Positions 28,139 through 38,665 of a stretch of DNA of 64,000 bases are shown one piece after another. The number at the start of each line of letters is the position of its first letter. Within the stretch, counting starts at the first letter, position 1. Below the pieces are notes generated by a model. That model saw only the letters and a list, made by a program, of their open reading frames with translations. It made no database searches and had not been told where the DNA came from. The translations under genes and the position numbers were made by a program. Source of the DNA: Nanobdellota archaeon (GTDB lineage Archaea; Nanobdellota; Nanobdellia; Parvarchaeales; Parvarchaeaceae); assembly GCA_021802105.1 (NCBI GenBank), contig JAKAAW010000001.1, positions 8,150-72,149 of the forward strand, read 5' to 3'.

Positions 28139-30222
28139 CTCCCTTAAAGGATAGCGACATTGTAGACAACTACCTGTCATCAGGGATCGTGCCGTCTGAT
28201 CTTTATAATAAGGATCAGTCCGTGAGAGAAGAGCTTAGGTCAGTTGAATACAAAGTCTTCAAGAGGGAGAACCCCTCTTTCCTATCGAAAATTATAATTT
28301 TTGGTGCGTCAACTGTAGGAAAAGTCATCCAGTTCAGGATAAATGAAAAAGAGGAAAAGAAACTTAATACTACTCTCTACCTACTCGGCTACGATTTTGA
28401 TGCAAAGCAACTCTACGGCTTCTCTCTTTTTGTTCTAGTTCTTGGAATAGTATTAAGTATAGCCCTTTTTGCGATTTCGCAGGTATTAGTAGGACTTTTC
28501 TTTATGGCATTTGGAGTAGGAGGTTATTTCTTAGTGCAAAATTACCCAAAACAACAGCTCTCTATAAGGCTAAGCAAATCGTCTAGCGATCTCGTTACTT
28601 TTATCCTCTATCTAGTGATATTCATGCGACAGACGCCAAACCTGGAAGCAGCTGTCCAGTTTGCATCTGAAAACTTAACTAGCTATCTCGCTTTCGATCT
28701 CAAGAAACTAATGTGGGACACTGCCGCAAGAAAATACGTAAACATAAAGGAGGCACTTGACGATTTTTCAAAAAGATGGATGAAAACAAGTCCTGCATTC
28801 ACAGATGCGCTTTTCCTTGTGGAGAGTTCAACCTCTCAGGAAGATGAGGCCGGCAGACTCGCACTTCTAGACGAGGCCTCACAGAGGATATTGAGCGGAA
28901 CGTTTGAAGCAATGACGGATTATGCGTCTACTTTAAAGGAGCCCCTAAACACAGTGTATATGTTGGGTATGGTTCTGCCTGTTTTAGGTCTGGTCCTGGC
29001 TCCGATGATGATGGCGTTCGTAGCTATACCAGATTTTGGTGTTCTTCTAGCAGTAATGTATGATATAGCTCTGCCTTTATTAGTGTATTTCTTGCTTAGG
29101 GGAAGACTTTTGGTCAGACCTGCAGGGTTTGCAGCGCCGGATTTGAATGAGGTGCCTGGGCTGCCAAAAATTGGCAGCTTCTTTGTCAAGATAGGATCAA
29201 AAAAGATAAAGGTAAATGCCATGCTTCCCGCGATAGGAGTGTTTGCAATTTTTGCAGTTGTAGTAGCGTTTTTGTTCCCGTACATGCTCGTATTTGGGCC
29301 GACTCAGATATACGTTTCTGTTCTTGTAACAGCCGGCATAGGTTTTGCCCTTTTCACCTACTTCAAACTTTCAATAATACAGTTAAAATCCACGGAGGAC
29401 GAATTGATAAGAACACAGAATTCCTTCGGTGATTCACTGTTCCAGATGGGGTCTCTGCTTGCTCAAGGTTTTCCCCCTGAAACTACTATAGTAAAGGTTA
29501 GTGAGACCATGAAAAATACCCCGATGGCGGATTTCTTCAACATCACTGTCAACAATGTCCAAAATTTAGGCATGTCTATAAAGGAAGCATTTTTCAATAA
29601 AGTAAACGGATCAACCAGGTTCTTTCCATCATCAATGATAATTGCTGGCATACGAATATTCATAGAAGCATCAAGGAAAAGTGTAGCCAATGCCTCTGCT
29701 GCAACACTTTATGTCTCAAAGCATCTCGCGAACCTGCGCAGGATAAATCAGGAGGTAAAGAACCTTTTAGAGGAAGTTACTTCTGGTATGCGTGTTGAAG
29801 TCGGATTGCTGAGCCCGGTCATGGCAGGTATAGTAGTGGGATTGACGACACTAATTGGGGTGGTCTTAAGATCTCTCGCTGGGAGCATCAATAATATACA
29901 ATCGAGCGTCTCTACATCCAGCGGTGCCGGTGGAGTTGGTTCTGTAGTACCCTTCGCGTTTAGCCTATTTAATCTGAGCGGAGGGCAGATACCACTCTAC
30001 ACTTTTCAGATAATAATAGGTCTATACCTGATAAGTCTAAGTGTAATAATAGGTTACGCAATAGCTACCATTTCCCAACCTGGAGATAGGATAGTTATGA
30101 GAGACACAATCGCATCAGTCCTGCTCACATCGATGGCACTTTATATAATTATAACATTCATAGTCACGCTTGTGTTCTCTTCAGTAGGCGGACTCGTACT
30201 CGGCGCGACGCACTTAGCGTAA
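28111..30222 (+). CDS. FlaJ/ArlJ-TadC-like polytopic membrane platform protein (type IV pilus/archaellum assembly)
   Basis: It is a 703-aa integral membrane protein that immediately follows, and overlaps by 28 nt, the secretion ATPase, which is the canonical FlaI-FlaJ pairing. It has multiple TM helices with large cytoplasmic loops. The assignment is by context and topology and was not checked against the family profile. Confidence 0.55.
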   Translation: MDKGKKTKVTPLKDSDIVDNYLSSGIVPSDLYNKDQSVREELRSVEYKVFKRENPSFLSKIIIFGASTVGKVIQFRINEKEEKKLNTTLYLLGYDFDAKQLYGFSLFVLVLGIVLSIALFAISQVLVGLFFMAFGVGGYFLVQNYPKQQLSIRLSKSSSDLVTFILYLVIFMRQTPNLEAAVQFASENLTSYLAFDLKKLMWDTAARKYVNIKEALDDFSKRWMKTSPAFTDALFLVESSTSQEDEAGRLALLDEASQRILSGTFEAMTDYASTLKEPLNTVYMLGMVLPVLGLVLAPMMMAFVAIPDFGVLLAVMYDIALPLLVYFLLRGRLLVRPAGFAAPDLNEVPGLPKIGSFFVKIGSKKIKVNAMLPAIGVFAIFAVVVAFLFPYMLVFGPTQIYVSVLVTAGIGFALFTYFKLSIIQLKSTEDELIRTQNSFGDSLFQMGSLLAQGFPPETTIVKVSETMKNTPMADFFNITVNNVQNLGMSIKEAFFNKVNGSTRFFPSSMIIAGIRIFIEASRKSVANASAATLYVSKHLANLRRINQEVKNLLEEVTSGMRVEVGLLSPVMAGIVVGLTTLIGVVLRSLAGSINNIQSSVSTSSGAGGVGSVVPFAFSLFNLSGGQIPLYTFQIIIGLYLISLSVIIGYAIATISQPGDRIVMRDTIASVLLTSMALYIIITFIVTLVFSSVGGLVLGATHLA

Positions 30223-30320
30223 CTTAAATAATAAAAAAGCTCAAAAAAATGACTAATTTTGCGGTAACCTTATATATGATTAATTCCAAATATACCTATA
30301 AACAATGGAGGTAGTGTAAA

Positions 30321-30563
30321 ATGACAGCAAAATTTGCCTGTAAGGACATAGGTTTGGAGTGCGACTTCACAGCGGAGGCGCCTACAAAAGAAGAGCTCAT
30401 GCCAAAGATCGCGGAGCACGCGAAGGTGGCTCACAGCATGGAAAACATAACAGATGATGTCAAAGCGAAGATTGACGCCGCAATAAAGGTTGAGGAATCA
30501 CCAGTTGAAGCACCTCAAACGGAAGCAGCTCCTCAGACCGAAGAGCAGAAGCCTGAAGCTTAA
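30321..30563 (+). CDS. DUF1059-like small metal-binding protein
   Basis: 'MTAKFACKDIGLECDFTAEAPTKEELMPKIAEHAKVAHSM' matches the DUF1059 pattern (F.C.D.G..CDF.....EEL...VAEHA...H). A SD-like GGAGGT lies 8 nt upstream. Confidence 0.6.
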   Translation: MTAKFACKDIGLECDFTAEAPTKEELMPKIAEHAKVAHSMENITDDVKAKIDAAIKVEESPVEAPQTEAAPQTEEQKPEA

Positions 30564-30583
30564 TTGCGACGGTTTAATTGTAG

Positions 30584-30617
30584 GGAGAAGACTTAAGTCT
30601 TCCCCTTCTTTTTTTTA
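30584..30617 (+). terminator. intrinsic-terminator-like hairpin (gggagaagac-ttaa-gtcttcccc) followed by ttcttttttttt, between convergent genes
   Basis: A GC-rich 9-bp stem with one bulge is followed by a 12-nt T-run, sitting between the DUF1059 gene (+) and sucD (-) 3' ends. Confidence 0.4.
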
Positions 30618-30662
30618 CAAGCACTCACTCGTTAAGGTCTAAGCACTTTGGCTGTCAAACTC

Positions 30663-31532
30663 TCAAAGTAATTCTTTTTTAAGAATAAGGGGTATTTCGT
30701 CTATGCTGTTGGCCACATGAACGCCAGCTTTCCTAAAAGCGTCTATCTTGCTCTTAGCAGTCCCTTTGTTACCGGATATTATTGCGCCTGCATGCCCCAT
30801 CTTTTTTCCATGAGGGGCGTATACTCCTGCTATAAATGCCACTACAGGTTTTGAATAACCTCTTTTTATAATTTCTGCAGCCTCTTCTTCAGCGGTTCCG
30901 CCTATCTCTCCAACCATAACCACTGCACCAGTATCATCGTCCTTTTCAAACATTTTTAAAACATCCGAGAACGTTGTTCCAGGTATTTTGTCCCCGCCTA
31001 TGCCTACAACTGTGCTCTCCCCAAATCCAGCTCTGCTTATAGCATCGACAACTTCATATGTGAGGGTGCCGCTGCGTGATATAACCCCTATTTTGCCTCT
31101 TTTCAAAACCATATTTGGTATTATACCTATCTTTCCTACTCCAGGGGTTGCTATACCAGGACAATTGGGTCCTATTATCCGCGCCTGGTTTTCTCTCGCA
31201 TAAAGAAGCAGATCCAGCATATCATGTGAGGGGATGTGTTCAGTTATCACTACAACAAGCTTTATACCTCCATCTATCGCTTCTATGACTGCATCCTTGG
31301 CAAATTGCGCCGGAACAAATACAGCGGACGCATTAGCGCCAGTTGCCTTTACAGCACTATTTACGTCGTCGTACACACTAACTCCACAAATTTTAGAACC
31401 GCCTTTGCCAGGAGTCACTCCAGCTACTATTTTCGTACCGATATCTACCATAGCTTTCGTATGGAATTTGCCCTGATGCCCAGTTATTCCCTGCACTATT
31501 ATCTTACTGTTTCTGTCAAGTAGCACACCCAT
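30663..31532 (-). CDS. sucD: succinyl-CoA synthetase (ADP-forming) alpha subunit
   Basis: '[35 protein letters not shown]' and the phosphohistidine loop 'GHAGAIISG' support this. The start is taken at MGVLLDRN, 1 nt after the sucC stop; the ORF-track N-extension MMRCGLRW... would overlap sucC. Confidence 0.85.
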   Translation of the reverse strand: MGVLLDRNSKIIVQGITGHQGKFHTKAMVDIGTKIVAGVTPGKGGSKICGVSVYDDVNSAVKATGANASAVFVPAQFAKDAVIEAIDGGIKLVVVITEHIPSHDMLDLLLYARENQARIIGPNCPGIATPGVGKIGIIPNMVLKRGKIGVISRSGTLTYEVVDAISRAGFGESTVVGIGGDKIPGTTFSDVLKMFEKDDDTGAVVMVGEIGGTAEEEAAEIIKRGYSKPVVAFIAGVYAPHGKKMGHAGAIISGNKGTAKSKIDAFRKAGVHVANSIDEIPLILKKELL

Positions 31533-31533
31533 A

Positions 31534-32631
31534 TTACAAAGAAGCCTCCACCGCAGCCCGCACCGCATCACTCATAGACTCAAAAGCGTTTATCCCTTTT
31601 TTAATCAAGATTTTTTTCCCGCGTTCTGTATTGAATCCGCTAAGCCTTACAAATATTTTGAAATTAGGTTTTATTTTTTTAACAGCGTTGGCTATACCTT
31701 CTGCAACAGTATCTGCCTTCGTGACGCCCCCGAATACGTTTATTAAAAGCACAGAGGGGTGTTCTCTTGACACCAGGGCTATAGCTTTCTCAACTTTTGA
31801 AGGTTCATCAGTGCCTCCTAAATCAAGAAAATCCCCTGCTTTTCCCCCCAGTCTCTCTATCATATCTATTGTAGCCATTGTTAACCCCGCACCATTTGCT
31901 ATCAACCCGATATTACCAGACAATCTAACAAAAGAGATATTATCTTTAGCTGCCTCTCTCTCAAGCAAATCAGAACTTTCAGGTACGCAGATATGCTTGT
32001 GTCTGAACATAGCGTCGTCATCTATGCTAATCTTTGAGTCTAACGCTATCAGACCTCTTTTTGTTACACCTAGCGGATTTATCTCGACTAATTCCGCATC
32101 TTCCTTTGTATACAGGTTCCATACGGAATCTAGTAAGTTGTAGAGGTCATTTTTTAGTAGTTTTGTTACTCCCAGTCTGAAGGCAATGTCCTCTTTTACA
32201 TAATCAGGTATTCCGATAAAATTATTAAGAGTATATGAACTGATGTATTTTTTGTCTACATTCTCTATGTCTACGCCGCCTTTTTTGGACACTATAAGAA
32301 CCGGTGATCGAACGCTCCTGTCTATGGAGATACTTAAGTAAAACTGTCTAGTGGTCTTCTCCGGCTTTTCCAAGAGAAAAGCCTTTCCTTTGTATCCTAA
32401 AAAATTCGAAGAAGCCATCCGTAGGATGTTCTTCCTTAAGTCTGAATATTTTGATACTCTCACTACACCACCTAGTTTATACCTGTGCCCAGTCGGTACC
32501 TGTACTTTTACATACACAGGTAATTTTACATCCTTTGGCTTGGGAACCCCTTTGACAAGTTTTCCATTTGGGGTCTTTATACCATATCTTTTAAAAAGTA
32601 ATTTTCCTTGGTATTCTAGAAGATTTACCAT
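31534..32631 (-). CDS. sucC: succinyl-CoA synthetase beta subunit
   Basis: It has an ATP-grasp N-terminus [21 protein letters not shown] and a C-terminal CoA-ligase domain, and it lies immediately upstream of sucD. Confidence 0.8.
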   Translation of the reverse strand: MVNLLEYQGKLLFKRYGIKTPNGKLVKGVPKPKDVKLPVYVKVQVPTGHRYKLGGVVRVSKYSDLRKNILRMASSNFLGYKGKAFLLEKPEKTTRQFYLSISIDRSVRSPVLIVSKKGGVDIENVDKKYISSYTLNNFIGIPDYVKEDIAFRLGVTKLLKNDLYNLLDSVWNLYTKEDAELVEINPLGVTKRGLIALDSKISIDDDAMFRHKHICVPESSDLLEREAAKDNISFVRLSGNIGLIANGAGLTMATIDMIERLGGKAGDFLDLGGTDEPSKVEKAIALVSREHPSVLLINVFGGVTKADTVAEGIANAVKKIKPNFKIFVRLSGFNTERGKKILIKKGINAFESMSDAVRAAVEASL

Positions 32632-32682
32632 TATAGATTATGATTCTGCCAATTAAAATTATTACTTTTTAAGAGGATGTTG

Positions 32683-33996
32683 CTATCTGCCGGATATTTG
32701 TGCTTTGTCGACCAGTATAGCCGGTGAAAAAACGCCCCCGAGACCAACGACCTTCGAACCAACTCCTACAACATTTTTCATAAGATCTATCATATTTATT
32801 CCAATCATCGTTTCTTTTACTGGGTATTTTTTCTCACCAGATTCTATATAATATCCCTCAGATACCATGGCTGAGAGATCTCCAGTCGACATATTTGGCC
32901 GATCGCCCGTGTCTAAAAGATAAATCCCCCTCTTTATCCTAGAGATAAGTTTCTCTTCGGAGGTTCTACCCGGCTTTAGCATCAGATTAGTTGTACCTAT
33001 AAAATCTCCTGGCCAACCAAATCCATTCCCTGTAGGTTCCTGATGCAATTTTTCTGAACTATATATATTGTGTAAATATGTCCTCAGAACACCGTTTTTT
33101 ATCAAGCTTTTCTCGAATGTTGGCATTATCTCATCATCGAAGGATCTGTTAAATGGACTTCCTTGAACATAGGGTTTCTCGGATAAATCAATCAGTTTTG
33201 ATGCGACTGTTTTTCCTAACTTCCCCGTCAAGAAGCTAACCTTCTTTAATATCTCTTCTCCACTCATCGCATCGACGAATGCGCTTATGATAGAGGCCGT
33301 AGTTTCTGGTGCGATAAGCACCATCCCTTTGAATGTAGGTGCACGCTGTGCGTTCAGCATGCTTACAGCGATATCCGCCGATTCATCAAAAACTTTATTA
33401 AAATGTAGTCCATAAGGATCAAGCGCCTCTTCTTGTCGTGAATCCGAAGCTTGTTCAGTTCCATCTTTTGCTATCACATTGGAAGATACAATCGAATAGC
33501 TCCCTTCCCAGTCCCCTCTTATCCCAGAACTGTTAGCGGCATGTAGTGACGAACTCGAATATGAGAGCCACGCGTTTATGGAATACATCTTATCAATCGA
33601 AGCTATACCATTTACTGAAGACAAAAGTCGAGTCTTCATTTCACTCACCTCAACATCGCCTATATTCTTGCTTATCGGATTACTTATATTCTCGTGTGGC
33701 TTCCATGAGAACCTGCCTTGCGTGTCTTCGGAACCATTCTTTGCTAGCTCATAAGCCTTCTTCAACAGATTTTGAATTTCGTTGTAAGACGCAATATGAG
33801 CGATTACGGATGAAGATTTTCCCTTGTACATAGAACGTATAATAATCGACTTGCTGTTTATCGTATCCGAGCTTTTAAAAGAGCCTCTCTCTACCCTGAG
33901 ATTGCACTCTTCGCTCTCAACAACTCTTACTTCGAACTGTGCCTCCAAACCAGAGGAGTTTATTATAGAGTATAATTTATCACTGTCCACCGACAA
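32683..33996 (-). CDS. pmbA: PmbA/TldE-like peptidase U62 family protein
   Basis: It is paralogous to the adjacent tldD but lacks the HExxxH motif. The size (437 aa) and the tandem pairing with tldD are typical. Confidence 0.65.
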   Translation of the reverse strand: MSVDSDKLYSIINSSGLEAQFEVRVVESEECNLRVERGSFKSSDTINSKSIIIRSMYKGKSSSVIAHIASYNEIQNLLKKAYELAKNGSEDTQGRFSWKPHENISNPISKNIGDVEVSEMKTRLLSSVNGIASIDKMYSINAWLSYSSSSLHAANSSGIRGDWEGSYSIVSSNVIAKDGTEQASDSRQEEALDPYGLHFNKVFDESADIAVSMLNAQRAPTFKGMVLIAPETTASIISAFVDAMSGEEILKKVSFLTGKLGKTVASKLIDLSEKPYVQGSPFNRSFDDEIMPTFEKSLIKNGVLRTYLHNIYSSEKLHQEPTGNGFGWPGDFIGTTNLMLKPGRTSEEKLISRIKRGIYLLDTGDRPNMSTGDLSAMVSEGYYIESGEKKYPVKETMIGINMIDLMKNVVGVGSKVVGLGGVFSPAILVDKAQISGR

Positions 33997-35356
33997 CCAC
34001 TCCCTTTATCCTTATGTTTGGGCCTCCCGTGCCCACTGAGACCCATTGCCCCTCTTTCCCGCACGTTCCATCATCTAGGTCGAACTCATATTTGCTTATC
34101 GCATCTATACGATTAAGTATATCCAGTGTGCTCCCCGTCAGAGCCGCATCTCTAACAAACTCTGCCAGTTTCCCATGTCTTATCATCCTTCCATACTGTG
34201 CTTTGAACATAAATTTTCCACTACCAGGATCAACATAACCGTATTGGAATCCATAGAACATAACACCCTTCTCTATTCCCTCAAATATGTCCTCTTCGAA
34301 ATCTCCTTGCGCTATAAGGGTATTTGACATACGCGCTATTGGTTTTACCTTGTAATTCATAGCTCTTGCCGCCCCGTTTGGGGCTGCGTTGAGTCTGCTG
34401 GCAGTTTCTAGAGTGTGCAGGTAATTCTTGAGGACACCATTTTCTACTATGATTCTTCTTTCGGCCCTTGTGCCTTCCTGATCGAATGAGAAAGACCCTC
34501 TTCTATCCTTCAGTGTCGGATCATCTATTATATTTACTATCTCATTTCCGACTTTCTTTTCGAGTTTCCCCTCAAGAACTGATGCCCCTTCAAGTATCCC
34601 ATCCGCTTCAGAAGCATGTCCAAACGCCTCATGCGTATAGGTACCTGTCATAGAATAATCAAGAACCACATCGTATTTGCCGCCTTTGACTTGTTTTGCG
34701 TTTCTTATCATATTTGATTCCTTTTTTGCATCACTGCCCAATTTTTCAGGCACGTTTCCGTCAAAGAGTTCAAACCCAGTGTTTGCTCCTATGGATTTTC
34801 TCACGTATTGCACAGAGGAGCCGTCCTTCACAAAAGAGAATGTTAGAAGTCTAGGGGCAGAATCGGAAAATGAAACAATATTCCCTATATTGCTTCCTAC
34901 CATCCAAGATGACACTCCATCCCCGTATATTGTCCTAGTCGATACTGTGTATCTTCCCATCGCCGCTTTGTCGGCTCGTTTGACCACATCAAGCTTGTCT
35001 TTTATCCCTACACCTCTTGTATCCAGCCTCCAGTTCGGCTTTACGACCGCGTTGTTCTCTTGAGGAGTTATCTTAAATCCTTTCCCATTGTTTGGCTTGC
35101 TTCTTAGTACTTTGTATGCGTAATCAACAGATTTCTTTATTGCAGCTTTTGTCATATCATCTGATGATGAGAAAGCCCAGACCCCTCCTTTAAGAAGTCT
35201 TAGACCAAACCCGCCGCTTTTTGTCTCGGAGACGCTTCTGACGATTCCATTCTCCATGATTATGGAGGTCCCATCAGTTTCATTTAGTCTTATATCCCCA
35301 TAAAATCCTCCCTTAACGAGGTTAGAGAAATATTTTATCAGATCCTCATCTAGCAT
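33980..35356 (-). CDS. tldD: TldD metallopeptidase (U62 family)
   Basis: It carries 'GTYTHEAFGHASEADG' (the HExxxH zinc motif of TldD) and is 458 aa. Confidence 0.75.
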   Translation of the reverse strand: MLDEDLIKYFSNLVKGGFYGDIRLNETDGTSIIMENGIVRSVSETKSGGFGLRLLKGGVWAFSSSDDMTKAAIKKSVDYAYKVLRSKPNNGKGFKITPQENNAVVKPNWRLDTRGVGIKDKLDVVKRADKAAMGRYTVSTRTIYGDGVSSWMVGSNIGNIVSFSDSAPRLLTFSFVKDGSSVQYVRKSIGANTGFELFDGNVPEKLGSDAKKESNMIRNAKQVKGGKYDVVLDYSMTGTYTHEAFGHASEADGILEGASVLEGKLEKKVGNEIVNIIDDPTLKDRRGSFSFDQEGTRAERRIIVENGVLKNYLHTLETASRLNAAPNGAARAMNYKVKPIARMSNTLIAQGDFEEDIFEGIEKGVMFYGFQYGYVDPGSGKFMFKAQYGRMIRHGKLAEFVRDAALTGSTLDILNRIDAISKYEFDLDDGTCGKEGQWVSVGTGGPNIRIKGVVVGGQ

Positions 35357-35456
35357 AATTTAATCCGAATGATTTATTTTGTCCCACAATGGTTAAATAA
35401 GTATGTCGTATAATTAATATTATAAGTCTTTACAGCTAGATTATCAGCTATCTACA

Positions 35457-37205
35457 ATGAAAACAGAAAACAGCAAGGTGAACGGCATTCAAAAGAAATA
35501 TGAAACCGTTTCTTCCGACGTATTGATAATAGGCGCAGGTGGTGCTGGTCTTAGGGCCGCTATAGAAGCCTTTGATAATGAGGCTAGCGTCGTAGTTGTG
35601 TCAAAGTCGCTTCTCGGTAAAGCACACACCGTCATGGCAGAAGGAGGAATAGCTGCGTCCGTTGCGAATGTTGACTCAAAAGACAACTGGAAAGTCCACT
35701 TCTCGGATACGATAGTAGAAGGAGTCTACATCGGCAACTGGAGAATGGCAGAGATAATGACAAAAGAAGCCCCTGATAGGGTGTATGAGCTAGAGAGATA
35801 CGGCGCACTGTTTGACCGCACACCTGATGGAAAGATAATGCAGAGAGCCTTTGGAGCGCACACCTACAGAAGACTGTGTCATGTCGGAGATAAGACAGGA
35901 CTGGAACTTATAAGGACTCTGGAAGATCAGATCTTGCACAGGGACGTAAATGTTATGGATGAGGTGTTCATAACAAAGCTGTTCATAAAAAACAATTCCG
36001 TAAGCGGTGCCCTAGGGATACGATTGAGAACAGGCGAGATAATACTGTTTAGGACCAAGACCGTGATACTATGTACCGGCGGCGCAGGCAGATTATACAA
36101 AGTGACGTCCAACTCATGGGAATCAACGGGGGATGGTATAGCACTAGCCTACAATGCAGGTGCCGAGCTGATGGATATGGAGATGATACAGTTCCATCCA
36201 ACTGGGATGGTTTATCCGCCTGGTGTCAAGGGGTTACTTGTTACAGAGGGAATTAGGGGGGAAGGAGGCATCCTTCTAAATGCAAAAGGAGAACGATTCA
36301 TGCTGAGGTATTCTCCTGAGAAAAAAGAGCTTGACGCAAGAGACGTTGTCGCAAGAGCCATACACTCTGAGATAGAAGCAGGCAGAGGCACAGAACATAA
36401 TGCAGTGTACCTAGATATCTCCCAGAAAGGAGCTAAGTTCATACACCAAAAATTACCAGGTATGTATTCTCAATTTATGGATTTTGCAGGAGTTGATATT
36501 ACTAAACAACCTATGGAAGTAGCCCCCACCGTCCATTACCAGATGGGTGGCATAAGAGTTGATCCCGAGACATGTAGGACTAATATTAAGGGTCTTTTTG
36601 CGGCAGGCGAAGTCGCTAGCGGTCTGCATGGTGCAAATAGGTTGGGTGGTAACTCCCTTGCAGATATTCTTGTATTCGGTAAGAGGGCGGGTCTGGCAGC
36701 AGCAATTTACTCCAGCAAAACAGCATTGTCGTCTATAAGCACAGAGGAAATATCAAAGGAAATCGCACGTATAAACTCTTTTGCAAACAAAAAGAAAGGG
36801 CTCAACCCTCAAACTATAATTAAAGTAATCGGAGAAACTATGTCAGAAAAAGTTGGCATAGTTAGGGATGGCAAGGATCTTGGACTTGCTTTAACGAAGA
36901 TACAGGCGCTTAGGAAGAAAGCCAAAAACGTAGGTGTTTCAGGTTCTTTGAAATTTAACCCAGGTCTTCTTTCATGTCTTGAGGTAGAAGGTATGTTAAC
37001 CACGGCAGAGGCTATAATTAGAAGCGCGATAGCAAGAAAAGAAAGCCGTGGCGCGCACACTAGAAAAGATTTTCCAAAGAAAGACCCTAAGTTTAAGAAA
37101 AATATATTATCCTACAAAAATGGAAACAGCATGAAACTAAAGATGGTCAGTGTTCCCAGCATGCCAGACCGTCTAAAACAATTAGTAAAATTAGAGGTTT
37201 ACTGA
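35457..37205 (+). CDS. sdhA: succinate dehydrogenase / fumarate reductase flavoprotein subunit
   Basis: It has the FAD-binding 'DVLIIGAGGAGLRAA', 'HTVMAEGG' (covalent FAD His) and 'RLGGNSLADILVFG', and is 582 aa. Confidence 0.9.
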   Translation: MKTENSKVNGIQKKYETVSSDVLIIGAGGAGLRAAIEAFDNEASVVVVSKSLLGKAHTVMAEGGIAASVANVDSKDNWKVHFSDTIVEGVYIGNWRMAEIMTKEAPDRVYELERYGALFDRTPDGKIMQRAFGAHTYRRLCHVGDKTGLELIRTLEDQILHRDVNVMDEVFITKLFIKNNSVSGALGIRLRTGEIILFRTKTVILCTGGAGRLYKVTSNSWESTGDGIALAYNAGAELMDMEMIQFHPTGMVYPPGVKGLLVTEGIRGEGGILLNAKGERFMLRYSPEKKELDARDVVARAIHSEIEAGRGTEHNAVYLDISQKGAKFIHQKLPGMYSQFMDFAGVDITKQPMEVAPTVHYQMGGIRVDPETCRTNIKGLFAAGEVASGLHGANRLGGNSLADILVFGKRAGLAAAIYSSKTALSSISTEEISKEIARINSFANKKKGLNPQTIIKVIGETMSEKVGIVRDGKDLGLALTKIQALRKKAKNVGVSGSLKFNPGLLSCLEVEGMLTTAEAIIRSAIARKESRGAHTRKDFPKKDPKFKKNILSYKNGNSMKLKMVSVPSMPDRLKQLVKLEVY

Positions 37206-37206
37206 T

Positions 37207-37953
37207 ATGAAAGAACTTACTATAAATATATTCAGGATGGACCCCGCTGTTGACAACGCAGGTAAATACAAGAAGTTCAATGTACCTGTGCAGGAAGGAA
37301 TGGTCGTGCTTGACGCTGTTAGGTATGTTCAGGAGAACATAGACCCTTCGCTTGCGCTAAGATGGAACTGTAAAGCCGCGAGATGCGGTTCATGCTCTGC
37401 TGAGATTAACGGTAGGCCGAGGTTAATGTGCAAGACTAGAGTAGATATGCTGGAGGAAGAGATAACCGTGTCGCCAATCCGAGCTTATCCTCTTATCAAG
37501 GACCTGGTAACAGATGTCTCCAATAACTATGAGATAGAGCGTAGGATACCTGCTTTCAGGCCTAAGAAGGGAGCAGCCCAACCATTTCTAATTAATCAGA
37601 TAGACGTAACAAGATCGCAGGAGTTTAGAAGGTGCATAGAGTGCTTCTTATGTCAGGATGTATGCCATGTCATAAGGGAGCACAATACAAATTATATAGG
37701 CCCTCGTCATGCGATTAAAGTCGCGTCCCTGGACATGCACCCGATGGATGGCATAGACAGATCACCAATGCTCAACGGTGATCTTGGTCTCGGTTTCTGC
37801 AATATAACCAAGTGCTGCCAAGAAGTTTGCCCTGAGGGCATAAAAATAACCGATAACGCAATAATCCCAGAAAAGGAGCGTGCCGTAGACTACAAATACG
37901 ATCCTATATTAAGGTTGGCGAGAAGACTAAGGAGGGGTTCAAGTGCAAAATAA
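37207..37953 (+). CDS. sdhB: succinate dehydrogenase iron-sulfur subunit
   Basis: The 2Fe-2S motif 'CKAARCGSCSAEINGRPRLMC' plus the 'CIECFLCQDVC' and 'C...CCQEVCP' cluster motifs are present. Confidence 0.85.
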   Translation: MKELTINIFRMDPAVDNAGKYKKFNVPVQEGMVVLDAVRYVQENIDPSLALRWNCKAARCGSCSAEINGRPRLMCKTRVDMLEEEITVSPIRAYPLIKDLVTDVSNNYEIERRIPAFRPKKGAAQPFLINQIDVTRSQEFRRCIECFLCQDVCHVIREHNTNYIGPRHAIKVASLDMHPMDGIDRSPMLNGDLGLGFCNITKCCQEVCPEGIKITDNAIIPEKERAVDYKYDPILRLARRLRRGSSAK

Positions 37954-38665
37954 CATGGCGATAAAGACATTATTGAACAGCATGATACCATCGGAGCTTT
38001 TGGAACCAAACTGGAGATTATTGTCGTTTATAGTTCTGCTGATATCAGGGATAGGAGTCCTGATGTTATATCCAATGTCTGAATTTCATGGATATGTTGA
38101 TCCATTCTATGCCCCCACTGTGTTAGTGGTGCCGATAGCTGGGCTGTTTAGATTAACATGCTACGCGTATAGAAAGGACTACCACAGGCATGTTTTCAAT
38201 CACCCCAATGCGTGTGGCATAAACATAAGAGGAGACAGTATGACAAGAGATTACTCTGGCGAGACGAAATTTTTCAGAGTAGAGAACCTGCACAGGTATT
38301 TTTTATATGCAGGTATACTGATACTCCCTTTTTTCTACTATGATTTTTATATATCGTTAATTTATTCAGGAAGCTTTGTCTTGAGGCTCGGCAGCCTGTT
38401 GTTACTGCTAAATGCAGTGGCATTAACTTTATGGGCTGCTTCATGCCATGCCCTTAGACATCTTATAGGAGGCAGAACAGATTGTTACGGCTGCGCTTTT
38501 GCAGGATCGCAAAGAAAATCGCTTTTCAATTGGCAATCTATATTGAACGGGCATCATGAATTCTTTGCATGGTTTAGTCTTTTGACTATAATATTTGTGG
38601 ACTTATACTTAAGGGGACTGGCAGCAGGAATGCCGATAGACCTTAACCTATCTAAATTATTATGA
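37943..38665 (+). CDS. putative succinate dehydrogenase membrane-anchor subunit (atypical, Cys/His-rich)
   Basis: It is a 240-aa hydrophobic protein with several TM helices and multiple Cys/His (CYAY, NACG, SCHALRH, CYGCAF). It overlaps the sdhB stop, so it is operonic. Confidence 0.4.
   Translation: MQNNMAIKTLLNSMIPSELLEPNWRLLSFIVLLISGIGVLMLYPMSEFHGYVDPFYAPTVLVVPIAGLFRLTCYAYRKDYHRHVFNHPNACGINIRGDSMTRDYSGETKFFRVENLHRYFLYAGILILPFFYYDFYISLIYSGSFVLRLGSLLLLLNAVALTLWAASCHALRHLIGGRTDCYGCAFAGSQRKSLFNWQSILNGHHEFFAWFSLLTIIFVDLYLRGLAAGMPIDLNLSKLL

Noticed and set aside
31533-31571. N-terminal extension [13 protein letters not shown] of the sucD ORF
   Set aside because: It would overlap the sucC coding end. 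The canonical SucD start ([18 protein letters not shown]) begins 1 nt after the sucC stop.
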